In this document: piece after piece, positions 1 to 11,272 of the stretch
How the letters are laid out: each line of letters starts with the position of its first letter
How positions within the stretch are numbered: the first letter of the stretch is position 1
NCBI RefSeq assembly: GCF_000315625.1
Contig: NW_005434664.1
Coordinates: 229,236-293,235 of the forward strand
DNA: 64,000 bases
Origin: Guillardia theta CCMP2712
Taxonomy: Eukaryota > Protista > Cryptophyta
Direction of reading: 5' to 3'
Notes under the pieces: model-generated
The model's database searches: none
Told to the model about the DNA's origin: nothing
The model's input: the letters and a program-made list of their open reading frames with translations, nothing else
Translations under genes and position numbers: made by a program

Positions 1-2352
1 ATCCTCCGAGAAAGTCAGGAGGAGGATCAGTGGGGGGAGGAGGAAGAGGGGGAGGAGGGGGAGGAGGAGGAGGAGGAGGTGGTGGTGGTGGTGGAGGAGG
101 AGCAGGAGGTGGAGGAGAATCGCCTCGACGCGAGACGGCAACGACACTGGGAGCAGGAGGGATCTCCGTGCCAGAGAAGATGCGCTCTCCGAGGAGGCAG
201 AATACGCTGCGCGATCGCAACTCGTGGGAGGAGAAGGTGGAGCAGCTGATGTCTACAGTCGAGGGCCTCTCCGCCCAGACAGCCCGCCAGCTCCTTTCAC
301 ACACGGAGGGGTCTCTGCGGCAGAGCATCCTGATAGCCCAAGACGCCATGGCGAACGTGGCGCACGAGGAGAGCACGGCCTTCTCCTCGTCCTGCTTCTC
401 CTCAATCTCCCGCCCCTCGGAGTTCGCGCTCATGTCCACCAGCTCCAGGGGGCAGCTGGGCGATGACGTCATCAGCATGTCCCTGCTCCTCCAGCTCTCA
501 GACATCTCCGACATGGCAGCGTTCTGCCGGGAGGTCAGAGCCGAGCTGAGCGCTGCGTGCCAGGTGGAGAAGTCAGACGTCCTGCTGAAGAACGTCAGGG
601 CTGGCAGCGTCATCGTCGACTTCTACGTGCAAGGTCATGAGCAGGAGGACATGGTTCAGGTAGAGTCCTGCTGCTGCACCTTCTGCCCTGCACCCTCCCT
701 CCCTCCATCTCTCTTGTGCCCTCTTCTTGCCCTTGTCCTCGACCTCCTCGTCCTCGTCCCAATCCTGTTCTTCGCCTCCTTCTCATCTCCTCCTCCCCTC
801 CTCCTCCTTCTCTCTGCATTCACCTTCAACCTTCTCTTCATCATGAGATGATCCATACATCTTTCTCTCATCTCTCGCTCACGTCTCCTCTGCGACACCT
901 CTGACTGATCGCTCTCCTCTCTCTTCACTTCTCCATCTCCCTTCTCTCCTCTCTTCCAACCTTCTCCTTCCAGCTGTTGAACGAGCAGCTCCAACATCCC
1001 AACAGTCGGCTCCGTCAGGGAAGGCACACTCGTCATGCTCTCAACTTCTTCCTCCTCGCACATGCCGCAAAGCCGCTGGCCAGCATGATGCAGACCGTCT
1101 CCCTCCCTCCTCCTCACCTGCTGGACCCGGACACACTCCTTCCTCTCCATCGCTGGACGGACGGGGTGAGTCCGAGGGCGACAAACCTGTGGGGCACTAG
1201 CAAGACGCAGGTCTACGAGGAGGGGAGGAGGCGGCGAGAGGAAGAGGAAGAGGAGAGGGAGAGTGACCTTGGGAGCTTGCCGGACTCTAGCGATGACGGG
1301 AGAGGAGCGTGGGATAGGAGGGGGACAACAACCTCGGGTATGAGGATCAGGACAGCCCGTGGAGTCGCCGACATGAAGGGAGGAGGGGGAGGGAGGAGGA
1401 GGGGGGAGGAGAGAGGGAGCCAGCGTTGGAGCGGGATGCTGCGCTACCGGACAGACGAGCACGTGATCATGCCGGGGTATCGGGCGAGCACAGGAGGCGT
1501 GAATGAGGTGAGAAACGTGATGAAATGTTCAGCTGGATGAGAGCTGGGTAGGAGGAGCATCCGGTGCTGGGGACGTTCGAGGTGGTACCGATGGAAGACG
1601 CTCCGATGGATGTTGTCAGGTGAAGGAAGGGGAGGAAAACAATCAGGAAGAGAAGGGGGAGGATGAGAAGAGAAGAGAGAGGAGTGGAGCAGACTATTAC
1701 GAAGTGGGGAGAGGGATCACAGATATGAGAAGGATCAGTGGAGGGAGGAGGGAGCTAAAATATTGTATTGGCTTCAGGGGGGAGGAGGGAGGGGGGAGGA
1801 GGGGAGAGAAGAAACAGAGGAGAGGGGAGCGAGGAGCGAGGAGCGAGGAGGAGAAGGAAAAGAGGTGAATCAGATGGCAGGAAGCGAATCTGTGGGGAGA
1901 TCTCGCGCATGCTCTTGCTGCCAGAGGACGGCTTTGAGCTTCTTCAGCTCCGCTCCATCGGTCGCCGTCGCCTGCGCGCGTCTGTCCTTCTTCACAAGCA
2001 CGGGGACAGCAGCGGGGAGGAGCTGTGGAGGAAGATGAGGAAGCTGGTTCTTGCTGGAGGATGGGGTGAGAGCTGGTGATGACGAGCAAGGCAGATGATG
2101 GACGGCCGGTACATTCCCGCAGACAGAAGGCTGAGGTGAGGATGGGAGGAAGGAGGAAAAGGAGAGGGAGGAGGAGAGAATAGGTGGAGGGAAGAAACTT
2201 TGGGGCCAGGAGGCGAGTAGTAGGAGACTGCAGAGCTGAACGAGATCAATAGGTTCACGCTGCTGGATGACGCGGAGGGGAGGCAGCAGGAGGACGAGAA
2301 CGGCAGGGAACTTTTTCTGCTCTGAAAGAGAGCACAACAAAACTTTGAAGGA
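1..2352 (+). CDS. Multi-exon protein, 5' end outside window, with a SEA-like 'GSVIVDF' module
   Basis: ORF 30..851 contains 'FCREVRAELSAACQVEKSDVLLKNVRAGSVIVDFYV'. An intron ~660-973 (cag|gtagag...ccttccag) joins to 'LLNEQLQHPNSRLRQGRHT'. Further plus-strand donors occur at ~1508, 1619, 2066, 2136 and 2353. The 3' end is uncertain. Confidence 0.5.
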
Positions 2353-2539
2353 TGTAATGAATTCAGGGAGCAAGGAGAGCAGTGGAGGTCGAGGATCGAA
2401 GGGTTGACTCGTGCTAGGGGAAAGAGGAAGGGAGGGCAGAGTGACTTCAGGAAGAGAGAAGATCAGGGCAGAAGGGGTGGGAGAATGGAAGAGGAGGCAG
2501 AGAGAGAGGGAGGAGGGAGGAGGGAGGATCCGAGTTGAG

Positions 2540-4530
2540 CGGGCTTCAGCAGCCATCAGGGATGACTGAGCAGTCGATACCGTGCGAGCCCTGGAGGAGG
2601 AGAGCGTAAGGGCGAGAGCGGCTGCTGGTTGTGGAGGAGATTTACCTTGAGCTCATGAGCAGGGGGCGTCAAAGCGCCTGTCACTCTGTTCCTCTTGGTC
2701 TTATACATGGTGATCTGCACGTGGATATCAGAAGCGAGGAGGGAGCATGTAGGAAAGAAGGGAGGGCAGAAGAGAGGAAGGAGGAAGAACGACAGAGGGA
2801 GGAGGGCAGGGGAGAAGAGAGGAAGGAGGAAGAACGACAGAGGAAGGAGGGGAGGGGAGAAGAGAGGAGGAAACGTGGGGGAAGGGGGGGGGGAGGCGAG
2901 AGAAGCGATTGGGGTGCACTAGAATGAGGAGGAGAAACTTTCCTGTCGCTTCATCAGCAGATCGACGTTGTTCCTAGCGGCGATGACCTGGAAGGAGAAC
3001 GACGAATGAGACACACGACGCATCGCATGTGAAGATTAGTCAGGAAGAAGAAGATGATGAGAGGGAGAGAGGAAGAAAAGATTCGATTCAGAGGAGCGAG
3101 GGAGGACAGAGGGAAGGTGGAAGAAATTCTGAGGAGATACGGAGGAAGCAACAAGTACAAAGCAGGGAGGAGGCCACAAGTGAAGCACAGAGGAGGCGGC
3201 TGTTACCTGAATGCATTTCCTCCTTGTTCCTCGAGGGATTGGAGTAGGAGAGCCGTGCTTGTCTAGGATGGTGTGGCCAGTTTGCGAGCAGAAGTCTGCG
3301 AGAGGTTCAGGTGAGAAGGGAGGGGCAAGAGGAGAGGTAGAGCAGGACAAGAGCTCAGATGTGGGCCAGGGTAGAGGACAGAAGGAGGAGGCAGTCGGCG
3401 AATGAGGTCGAAGGTGGACAACAGAGGGCTACAGATCAAGTCTAGCAGCAGCAGCAGCAGCAGCAGCAGGAAGGTGAATGAACATGATGAAGATGACGGT
3501 GATGACCGTGAAGGGGAGGAGGAGGGTCGGGAGGGAGTACAACACAACTCACCGTCATACAACTTCGAGTCCATGTTCAGATCTCGATGGTACTTGACTC
3601 CTGTTGGAAACTTCAAATCTTCCACTCATCGTCCTGCCCCCCTCCCCCCTCCCCCTCCCTCCCTCCCTCCCTCCCTCCCCTCCCCTCCCTCCCTCCCTCA
3701 GACTTTACCGACAGCACGCATCAAGTGTTCCACACAGTCTCTCAGCTGCCTCCCACTCAAGTCTCTCCCGGCACCTGAAGGGCAGCCGTCAACCCTCCCT
3801 CAAGGCAGCTCTCTCTCTCACAGAATTCCCATGGTGTTCTTGTGTAGTTGGCATTCCGATCCCATTCTCGTGAGAGATCGTTGACGAGAATCCATGCCGT
3901 ATGCTTCTCGACCGGCTCCTGGACGCTCAGGGACTTTCTCCCTTCCCTCATCGCGCTGCTCCGACTTTCACTGGCCCTCCTCTCCTCCTCGCTGGCGAGC
4001 TTGAGCTCGTGGAGGTATTGGTTCAATTTGGATGTTCCCCGCCGAATATTCACGTCCCTCTGAGCACGAGGCCTTGATTGCGATTGCAGGAGATGGAGTA
4101 GAGCCTCTCCCTTGTTGCCTGTCAGCATAGCCCATTCTTCGATCATCTTGGGATTCGATTTGTACAGCTGCTGTACGTCCTTGAGAGCTGAGCCCATCAA
4201 TGCCCCATCCCCTTGCAGCATCACACGCTTGCCGGTTGAGGACGTATCCTCTACTAGGGCGTCTTTAGCCACCAACATCAGGGCAGCAACAAACATGAAA
4301 GCACTTGCTATTGACAACCCTGATCGAATACGAGCAGTTCCCGAGCGAAACCTCACATGCGAACAGAGCATGGCGGAGGGTGTGTTGTTTTGGCGAGACT
4401 CACAGCATTCTATGCCTTGTTGTTGATGTTCAGCAGCAGAGACTGTCGCGCTACTGCATTCAATGTCTGCAGTGTCTTCGCGTACAACGAGCGGGTGATC
4501 GTTGTTTTCGTTCCAGGGCATCTCGCACAC
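2540..4530 (-). CDS. Multi-exon membrane/secreted protein of unknown function
   Basis: ORF 3757..4530 has a hydrophobic segment (GLSIASAFMFVAALMLVA). Good minus-strand donors lie at ~3707, 3555, 3206 and 2647 with pyrimidine-rich introns. Whether all exons belong to one gene is unresolved. Confidence 0.4.
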
Positions 4531-5219
4531 AAAAACCTGACGAGTCTCACGAGAACAAGGGGAGATAACGAGGAAGAGACAAGTCAGATGTTATGCAACA
4601 AGACAAGTCAGATCTTGTCCTCTTCCCCCAACCTTGACCTTCTCCACCCCTACTGCGCTGCCATCGCCCGCCGCTATCTTCCCAAAATATGTCAACGGTT
4701 ATTTTTTGTAACCGTATCATTCGTTTGACGTTACAAATCTACTTGAGGACGTTACATTTATCGTAGCGGTGCTAATTTGGGCATGGCAAGCGATGCGGGA
4801 AGCAGGATGCAGGAGGAGGAGGGAGGTGGGGGGAGAGAGACGGCCAAGGAGGAGGATAGAGGCAGATAGATAGAGGAGAAGCATAGAGATAGATAGATAG
4901 TGATAGACGTACACATCGATTATGACAGAATGCAAAATGCAAAAAACAGAGAGACAGATTAACAAGGGAAACTGAAGTTGGGATACCGCAGCGACAGGAA
5001 GACGAAGAACATGGAGGAAGGCATTGGCGATTTTAGCTAGATTTAGAGGCGTCGTCGAAGGAGTGAAGTATCTTGTTCTGATTGCACTGGCTCAAATGAC
5101 TGCCGTGACTCTTCAACCTGGATTTGTTCAGAAGGGAGAGAGGAAGTTTGTTGGATCATATGAATAGACAGATGAATGGCAGGAGATAGAGCAAAGTCAC
5201 TTGCGATCAAAAACCAATC

Positions 5220-5796
5220 TAGGCGTTGAAGGGGTAGTACCGATGAAAGATCCGTATGATTGCTATTATGCGCAATGTGCCTTCCTGAGATGGAAAAATC
5301 TACGGGATCATCCTGTATTTTCAGAAATCAACACACTTCTAGCCGTGGGAAGCACTCCTGACAATTAGCCCCTCTTCTCGAAGATTTTCTTTTAGCTGCA
5401 AGCACTGAGATCGTCCTCTGACGCTGCTGCAGGCTTAACATGTTCACGGACTTGTGCTTCTTCTCAATCGACAAGCACTTGGGCATCAACTGTGAGCAAG
5501 ACTTGTTGTATCGTCTGTTTGCATGATGTGGTGTTGCGCAGATGCTGATGGGGGCATCAATCTTTCTGGACATAACGGCTATGTCCGGGATTGCACCAGT
5601 CTCGGGCCAGACGTTCCACCTGAAGCTGGTCTGTCCCCTTGTCATGCAGCTGAGCGCACTGAACGCGTTTGCAGGAGCAATGACCCTCTTGCCTCTCTCT
5701 GGCGTGAAGACAGCGAAAGGGAAGGGCAAGGCTGCCAAGGGCGCTAAGGCGGCAGCCAAGAGTGGGCCAACATCGTTCTACGCTGGGATGCAGTGA
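5220..5796 (+). CDS. 3' exons of a hypothetical protein (...DLCFFSIDKHLGINYADGG...AMTLLPLSGVKTAKGKGKAAKGAKAAAKSGPTSFYAGMQ*)
   Basis: GT-AG introns (~5492-5541 and ~5629-5674) splice into one continuous frame ending at TGA 5796. The start codon was not located. Confidence 0.4.
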
Positions 5797-6281
5797 AGGG
5801 CGAGCATGAAGAAGGGTGTGTTTGTTAGATAGCTTGAATATTGTTTGTATGAAGTGTTGTGTTGTGCGATGCGGGGTGCGCTGGATTAGACGATAAGTGG
5901 AAGCATCGTCGGACTCTGCTGCAAAACCAGTCGCACTGCATACTTGACATCCCATGTGGCGATGACATATCGGGATGCTCAATCCAGTCCGTGAGATGCA
6001 CCTGCCACACTCTTTCGACCTCTTGAGCACAAGCAACAGCAAGCAGGGAAACATATCCGTGCGACGATGTCAGCCCACCAGTTAAGATGTACGATCGACT
6101 TGATGTCACAAGTCCGATCTCAGGCCGTCAGGCATCGCACTCAACACGAAGGGACAAGGATTGTCGATCAATGGTGTATCGGTCACGGGCGAATGTCACA
6201 CTCAGTCAACGATGTCTTGCCTGTATTGTACTAGACTGAGTAAGCTCTCTCAGCATAAGACCGTCATGCGTTGATGCTGAG

Positions 6282-6375
6282 CTACCAAGCTTCCGCTGCA
6301 GTCGTCACATCTTGAAACGATCCTCCAGCCATACAGCACCACTTCCTCCTCATCGGCCTTCCTCGCTCCTCCCCG
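6282..6375 (-). pseudogene. 3' fragment of a family-A gene (11527-type C-terminus RRKWCCMAGGSFQDVTTAAEAW*)
   Basis: Nearly identical to rc of 11770-11865. The 5' part is deleted. Confidence 0.85.
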
Positions 6376-6482
6376 GGCTCAAGAAGGGACGACAGGGGAG
6401 GACGAGCGCGAGCTGGCGGATCAACACTATGTTTGCGGAGTCCTTCGAGGACAACGTGACGGCGGGGGCACTGGAGTGGTAA
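6375..6482 (+). pseudogene. 3' fragment of a family-B gene (10925-type)
   Basis: Encodes GLKKGRQGRTSASWRINTMFAESFE..VTAGALEW* and carries the same 3' flank as the 10925 copy. It is fused head-to-head with the A fragment at 6375. Confidence 0.85.
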
Positions 6483-6597
6483 GAGCGAGCGGGGCTGGGT
6501 AGGAGCTGAGGAGGCGATATCATCCGAGAATGGAGGATGCGTAGAATACTGTAAATAATAAACCCATCGTACAGAGAAAACTAGTGTTAAACTTTAA

Positions 6598-7190
6598 GGC
6601 AGTTCAGCGTAGTAATGCATAGTTTTTCATCAGGACGTTGACGAGCCTGACCTTTGCGGACGATGTCAGCAATTGTTTCAAGCATCACGTCGACAGTCGG
6701 AGTGGTAACTTTGTGCTGATTCAAGACGACTTGGTTCAAGTGACGCAGATCACAACAAAGCGATAACTGTTGGGATTAGTCGGGGAGCGTGGATCACTTG
6801 GACGTCGAGAAAACAAGACCCGAAAACCAAATTCGCTCTCGAGCATGGACGAGATTGTTGCTTGAAGTTCGCCCTCGAGGTGAAGGCCGGGCTTGAGATG
6901 TAAGCTGGAGATCAGTCGGCAGATCGTCGACCAAGACGTCAGCAAATCCCGCACACAGGTCCTTAGCAAGTTGAGCAGGAATGGTCGAGAGTGGCTGGGC
7001 TGGATCCGGGAGGCATGAGCGTCGGTAAGAGAAACTGTTGTCACTGACAGAACTGATTCCTTGAAGGGCACCTGGTGCTCCAGGCAGGCTGAGCGGCGGG
7101 GATCCACGGGCACCAGACGAGTCGACGAGCACCTCGAGTCGCTATCCACGAGTAGCGCAACTATCCACGATGGCCAGTGCGACAGTGTCA
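6598..7190 (-). mobile_element. Degenerate Ty3/gypsy LTR-retrotransposon pol remnant (protease to N-terminal RT)
   Basis: Frameshifted minus-strand peptides appear in gypsy order: AIVDSCAT (degenerate D(S/T)GAT protease motif), 'FADVLVDDLPTDL', 'EGELQATISSMLE..GFRVLF', then 'YRFV(V)DLRHLNQVV...TPTVDVMLETI...ITTL' (compare RMCVDYRxLN...PxIDxLL). Confidence 0.75.
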
Positions 7191-7508
7191 AGCCTCCTCG
7201 ACTCTCCTGATTGGCCTCGTATGATTTTTAACTTAACTTTGAGTAAACACTACCGAATGAAAGGAGTTGCTGATCCATCTGCTGATCCATCCTCGGATGC
7301 ACGCCTAGCTAGCAGTGGCGATCTGGCTAGTCAATGATTCTGATGAGTGATACTTTTAGTCAACTGTTTGACGGTATTCGGGGACTCACGAGTTTTACTA
7401 CATACAGGGTTGACCACCTCGAATCGTGACGTGACTCTGATACCAGCACCCTCTTCGTAAGATCTTTCAAGGCTAGACTGCACTCGAAGGGGGGGATTCG
7501 TCGAAACT

Positions 7509-7860
7509 GATCTCAACCCAGCCATCATGAGACGCTGAAAGGAAAGCACCTCTATCAAACGATGAGGTCTACCCGGCCAGTCGCCTCAAACGTGACACAC
7601 AGCCCCGTAACTTGGGATAGACTTTACTCCCTTCCACGAAACGTCACGTTCCGCCTTGGCCCGCAGATCTCAACCCAGCCATTACGAGCCAATGAGAGAA
7701 AAGCAGCTCTAACAAACGGTGAGGTCTACCCGGCCACACTCGCTCTCCCGACGTGCTGCTGCCTGGCCTTACAGGCGATCGACCGACTGGTATCGTGACT
7801 CTCGTAGCTGTTGGCCGAACCGCCGTGACATTAGGCCCCCGCATCTCCTCGTTTATAATA
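7509..7860 (+). promoter_or_regulatory. Shared upstream module of family-A genes: ~156-bp-period direct repeat plus TATA-like box
   Basis: 'gatctcaacccagccat...aggtctacccggcca' occurs at ~7509 and ~7665, and 'tttataata' at 7852-7860, about 100 nt before the ATG at 7963. The same module lies upstream of the 9579 and 14356 ATGs. Confidence 0.5.
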
Positions 7861-7962
7861 CCTTTTACATGCATGTTCCTCCGCCCCCTTGCATCGTAGA
7901 GCCTTCATATCAGACCCCTACGCTCCTGCTCCGACAGCAGCAGCCCCCCGCACCGCTGACCC

Positions 7963-8328
7963 ATGCCCTGCTCCGTCTCCCTCGTCGACCTCTCCCTCTC
8001 CCGCGCCCTCCCTCCCTCTCGTCCCCGCCCTTCCCTCAAGCTCTCTCCCGCTCAGCAGGCCTTCGTCGACGCCCACAGGCCCTCGGGCAGCCGGATGGAG
8101 GAGGAGCTGCCGGCGGGGGCAGTGAGAGTGAAGTCGGGAGGGGAGGGGGTGATGGCGGGAGTGATGGAGGCGAGGAGGCGAGGCGTGCGGGTATCAGCGG
8201 AGGACATCGGGGAGGAGCGAGGAGGGCCGATGGAAGGGAGGAGGCTTATGCTGGCAAGCAAGAAGAGCTTGGGGGCAAGGGGGTCGTTCAAGGATGTGAC
8301 GGAGGCAGCGGGGGCGTGGAGGACCTGA
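7963..8328 (+). CDS. Small intronless protein, family A, copy A1 (121 aa)
   Basis: MPCSVSLVDL...LSPAQQAFVDA...VRVKSGGEGVMAGVMEAR...SFKDVT. The frame is supported by third-position-only differences at conserved codons against family B. Confidence 0.75.
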   Translation: MPCSVSLVDLSLSRALPPSRPRPSLKLSPAQQAFVDAHRPSGSRMEEELPAGAVRVKSGGEGVMAGVMEARRRGVRVSAEDIGEERGGPMEGRRLMLASKKSLGARGSFKDVTEAAGAWRT

Positions 8329-8801
8329 AGCAGAATGAACTCAGGAGATTCAATAGGTGTATGTGTATAAGCGGGGAGTAAAATGGGTTTCTAGGAATAA
8401 ACGATGATATAGGAATTGTTTCCCGCATTATATTGTTTGATGGCTGCTGAAGTGAAAATGTTAATGTGGGTTTTCATGTCTAAAAGTACAGACTACCATT
8501 GCTGCGATTCTTTGATATGGACGGAAGTTTGCTTTGTCGCCACATTACATCACACTGAGTGAGTGGCTTTGCATTCTCGTATGTACTCATTGCACCATAT
8601 GAGAACATGATGCGTTTTCAGAGCACAAATCCTTCATCTGCACATTAGTCTGTCATTCGTGTTTCCACATGATGTTATGAGTTTGAAATCACTACGACAT
8701 GCCCTAATTGATATTTTGATGAACAATTGCTATGATCTTATTCTGGTCTAACCTCGTCTTGACGAGTCAACAAGCTCCCCACAATCGCATTCTGTGCATC
8801 T

Positions 8802-8984
8802 TTACATGCTTCGCAAGCCCGAGGGCTTGTTGGCGTCGACGAAGGCCTGCTGAGCGGGAGAGAGATCGAGACTCGCGCCGATTCGCCGGTAAGCTGCATG
8901 AAATTCTCCGCATTCTAAGAGCTCATCAGCTCCGTTTTCCTCGCTCCCCGACTCTTCAACTGCCACGCATGCTGCCACTGCCAT
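8802..8984 (-). pseudogene. Diverged or chimeric family-A-related ORF in the palindrome spacer
   Basis: The 60-aa ORF retains only 'LSPAQQAFVDANKPSG'. The rest is unrelated to family A. Confidence 0.5.
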
Positions 8985-9219
8985 CCTATTGCTACCTTGA
9001 GAGCGTTCTCTTCCTCATCTCTCCCGACCGAGGCTCCTCTCCCTCCAGCCCCTACCTGCTCCTGGCAAGCTGCTTTACAAACCAAGTACGGTTGATCGCT
9101 CTATGGTTGTTTATTCCTTCAAGCCCTATATACTCGCCCCCCATTCGCAAACACACAAATACACCTATTGTACATCCCGCTCGCCTTGTCTCCCTGACTC
9201 GCCTGGCATTTGCCTCGCC

Positions 9220-9579
9220 TCAGCTCATCCACGCCCCCGCTGCCTCCGTCACATCCTTGAACGACCCCCGTGATCGCTTCCCGCTCCCAACCATGAGCCT
9301 CCTCCCTTCCATCGGCCCTCCTCGCTCCTCCCCGATGTCCTCCGCTGATACCCGCACGCCTCGCCTCCTCGCCTCCATCACTCCCGCCATCACCCCCTCC
9401 CCTCCCGACTTCATTCTCACTGCCCCCGCCGGCAGCTCCTCCTCCATCCGGCTGCCCGAGGGCCTGTGGGCGTCGACGAAGGCCTGCTGAGCGGGAGAGA
9501 GCTTGAGGGAAGGGCGGGGACGAGAGGGAGGGAGGGCGCGGGAGAGGGAGAGGTCGACGAGGGAGACGGAGCAGGGCAT
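9220..9579 (-). CDS. Family A copy A2 (119 aa)
   Basis: Same N-terminal ~94 aa as A1 apart from one substitution. C-terminus is VGSGKRSRGSFKDVTEAAGAWMS. Confidence 0.75.
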   Translation of the reverse strand: MPCSVSLVDLSLSRALPPSRPRPSLKLSPAQQAFVDAHRPSGSRMEEELPAGAVRMKSGGEGVMAGVMEARRRGVRVSAEDIGEERGGPMEGRRLMVGSGKRSRGSFKDVTEAAGAWMS

Positions 9580-10329
9580 GGGTCAGCGGTGCGGGGGGCT
9601 GCTGCTGTCGGAGCAGGAGCGTAGGGGTCTGATATGAAGGCTCTGCGATGCAAGGGGGCGGAGGAACTATGCATGTAAAAGGTATTATAAACGAGGAGAT
9701 GCGGGGGCCTAATGTCACGGCGGTTCGGCCAACAGCTACGAGAGTCACGATACCAGTCGGTCGATCGCCTGTAAGGCCAGGCAGCAGCACGTCGGGAGAG
9801 CGAGTGTGGCCGGGTAGACCTCACCGTTTGGTAGCGTTGCTTTCCTTTAAGTGTCTCGTAATGGCTGGGTTGAGATCTGCAGGCCAAGGCGGAACGTGAC
9901 GTTTCGTGGAAGGGAGTAAAGTCTGTCCCAAGTTACGGGGCTGTGTGTCACGTTTGAGGCGACTGGCCGGGTAGACTTTACCGTTTGGTAGAGTTGCTTT
10001 CCTTTCAGTGTCTCATGATGGCTGGGTTGAGATCTGCAGGCCAAGGCGGAACGTGCCGTTTGAAGTTTCGACGAATCGAGTGCACTCTAGAAAGATCTTA
10101 CGAAGAGGTCGCTGGTATCAGAGTCACGGTTCGAGGTGGTCAACCCTGTATGTAGTAAAACTCGCAGTGAGTCCCCGACTCCAAGGGGTCGGCTCGCTGC
10201 TTGAGACCGTCAAACAGTTGACTAAAAGTATCACTCATCCGAGGCATTGGCTAGCCTGACTGGTGTCTTCCTTGACCAGAACAATCTTGCCGTCATCGAC
10301 TTGCTTGGGCTTATTCTGATGACAAAACA

Positions 10330-10820
10330 GATCAGCTGGGCCTTCATTCGTGAACGGATCAGCTACTTCTGCATTCGAGGATAGATCAGCTACTCCTTCA
10401 TGCGGTGTGACAGCCCCCGAAGCTTTTCGGGTTTCAGGCGACTAGAGCGAATTCTCAAGGCACCTCCGCTGGATCACACATAAAGGTGTAGAGTAGACAT
10501 GTCGAGCTTACTAGATCAGGGTGGCATACAACATGAGCAGAGAACAGACCCTCCTAGCTGAAGAGGCTGATCCTTATATAAGCTAAGGGAAGGACTAGGG
10601 GTACTGCTCCCTGACGCACGAGCACACTTGCCTCGTGCGAGCTCTTGCCTCTGGCAAGCTTCTGCTGCACCTCTTACCAAGAATGAGGAAACCACCCGTA
10701 CCAGCGAGTCTCGCCGTGCTAGGGCTCTGATACGGTGATAGATAAGCTACTCCTTCACTCGTGGATACATCAGGTACTTGCTCATTCGGTGATCGATCAG
10801 CTTCTTCTTCACTCGTGGAA
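10330..10820. repeat. Degenerate 27-bp tandem array (gatcagctactccttcattcg...) split by an insertion
   Basis: Units lie at ~10330, 10357 and 10384, then ~10741, 10768 and 10795. The minus strand reads as 9-aa repeats (STSEEEADR/SPNEQVPDV/STSEGVAYL...PHEGVADL). A remnant is present in the left arm at ~7255-7300. Confidence 0.7.
10408..10732. mobile_element. Probable solo LTR (325 bp) with 5-bp target-site duplication
   Basis: Flanked by CGGTG at 10403-10407 and 10733-10737. Termini are tgacagccc...gggctctgata (imperfect inverted, TG...TA). There is an internal 'ttatataa' at ~10573. It interrupts the 27-bp array. Confidence 0.7.
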
Positions 10821-10924
10821 AGTTGGGCTGCTCTGTACGATGGGTTTATTATTTACAGTATTCTACGCATCCTCCATTCTCGGATGATATCGCCTCCTCA
10901 GCTCCTACCCAGCCCCGCTCGCTC

Positions 10925-11272
10925 TTACCACTCCAGTGCCCCCGCCGTCACGTCCTCGAAGGACTCCGCAAACACAGTGTTGATCTGCCAGCTCGCGCTC
11001 GTCCTCCCCTGTCGTCCCTCCTTGAGCCCTGCTGCTACCTTCCTCGCCTCCATCACTCCCCGCATCAGCTCCTTCCCCTCCGACTCCACCCTCACAGCTC
11101 TCCCTGCTGGCTGCCTCGCCTCCTCCGCACACGGCGATGAGGGCGCGTGAGCATCGAGGTATGCCTGCTGGGAGGGGGAGAGCCTGAAGCAGGGGCGGGA
11201 GGGGCGACAGGGAGGGGAGGGGGGAGAGGGAGGGAGGTCGACGATGGTGATGGCGAGGACGAAGGGAGGCAT
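10925..11272 (-). CDS. Small intronless protein, family B, copy B1 (115 aa)
   Basis: MPPFVLAITIVDLPP...LSPSQQAYLDA...VRVESEGKELMRGVMEAR...SFEDVT, colinear with family A. Confidence 0.75.
   Translation of the reverse strand: MPPFVLAITIVDLPPSPPSPPCRPSRPCFRLSPSQQAYLDAHAPSSPCAEEARQPAGRAVRVESEGKELMRGVMEARKVAAGLKEGRQGRTSASWQINTVFAESFEDVTAGALEW

Noticed and set aside
7719-8381. Longer overlapping ORFs around family-A genes (also 9119-, 12732-, 13791-)
   Set aside because: GC-rich alternate frames with variable ends among copies. Codon-position conservation with family B supports the MPCSV frame.
10330-10820. Spaced repeats as a CRISPR-like array (also the 156-bp upstream repeats)
   Set aside because: The units are tandem and degenerate with no unique spacers, the context is eukaryotic, and there are no cas genes.
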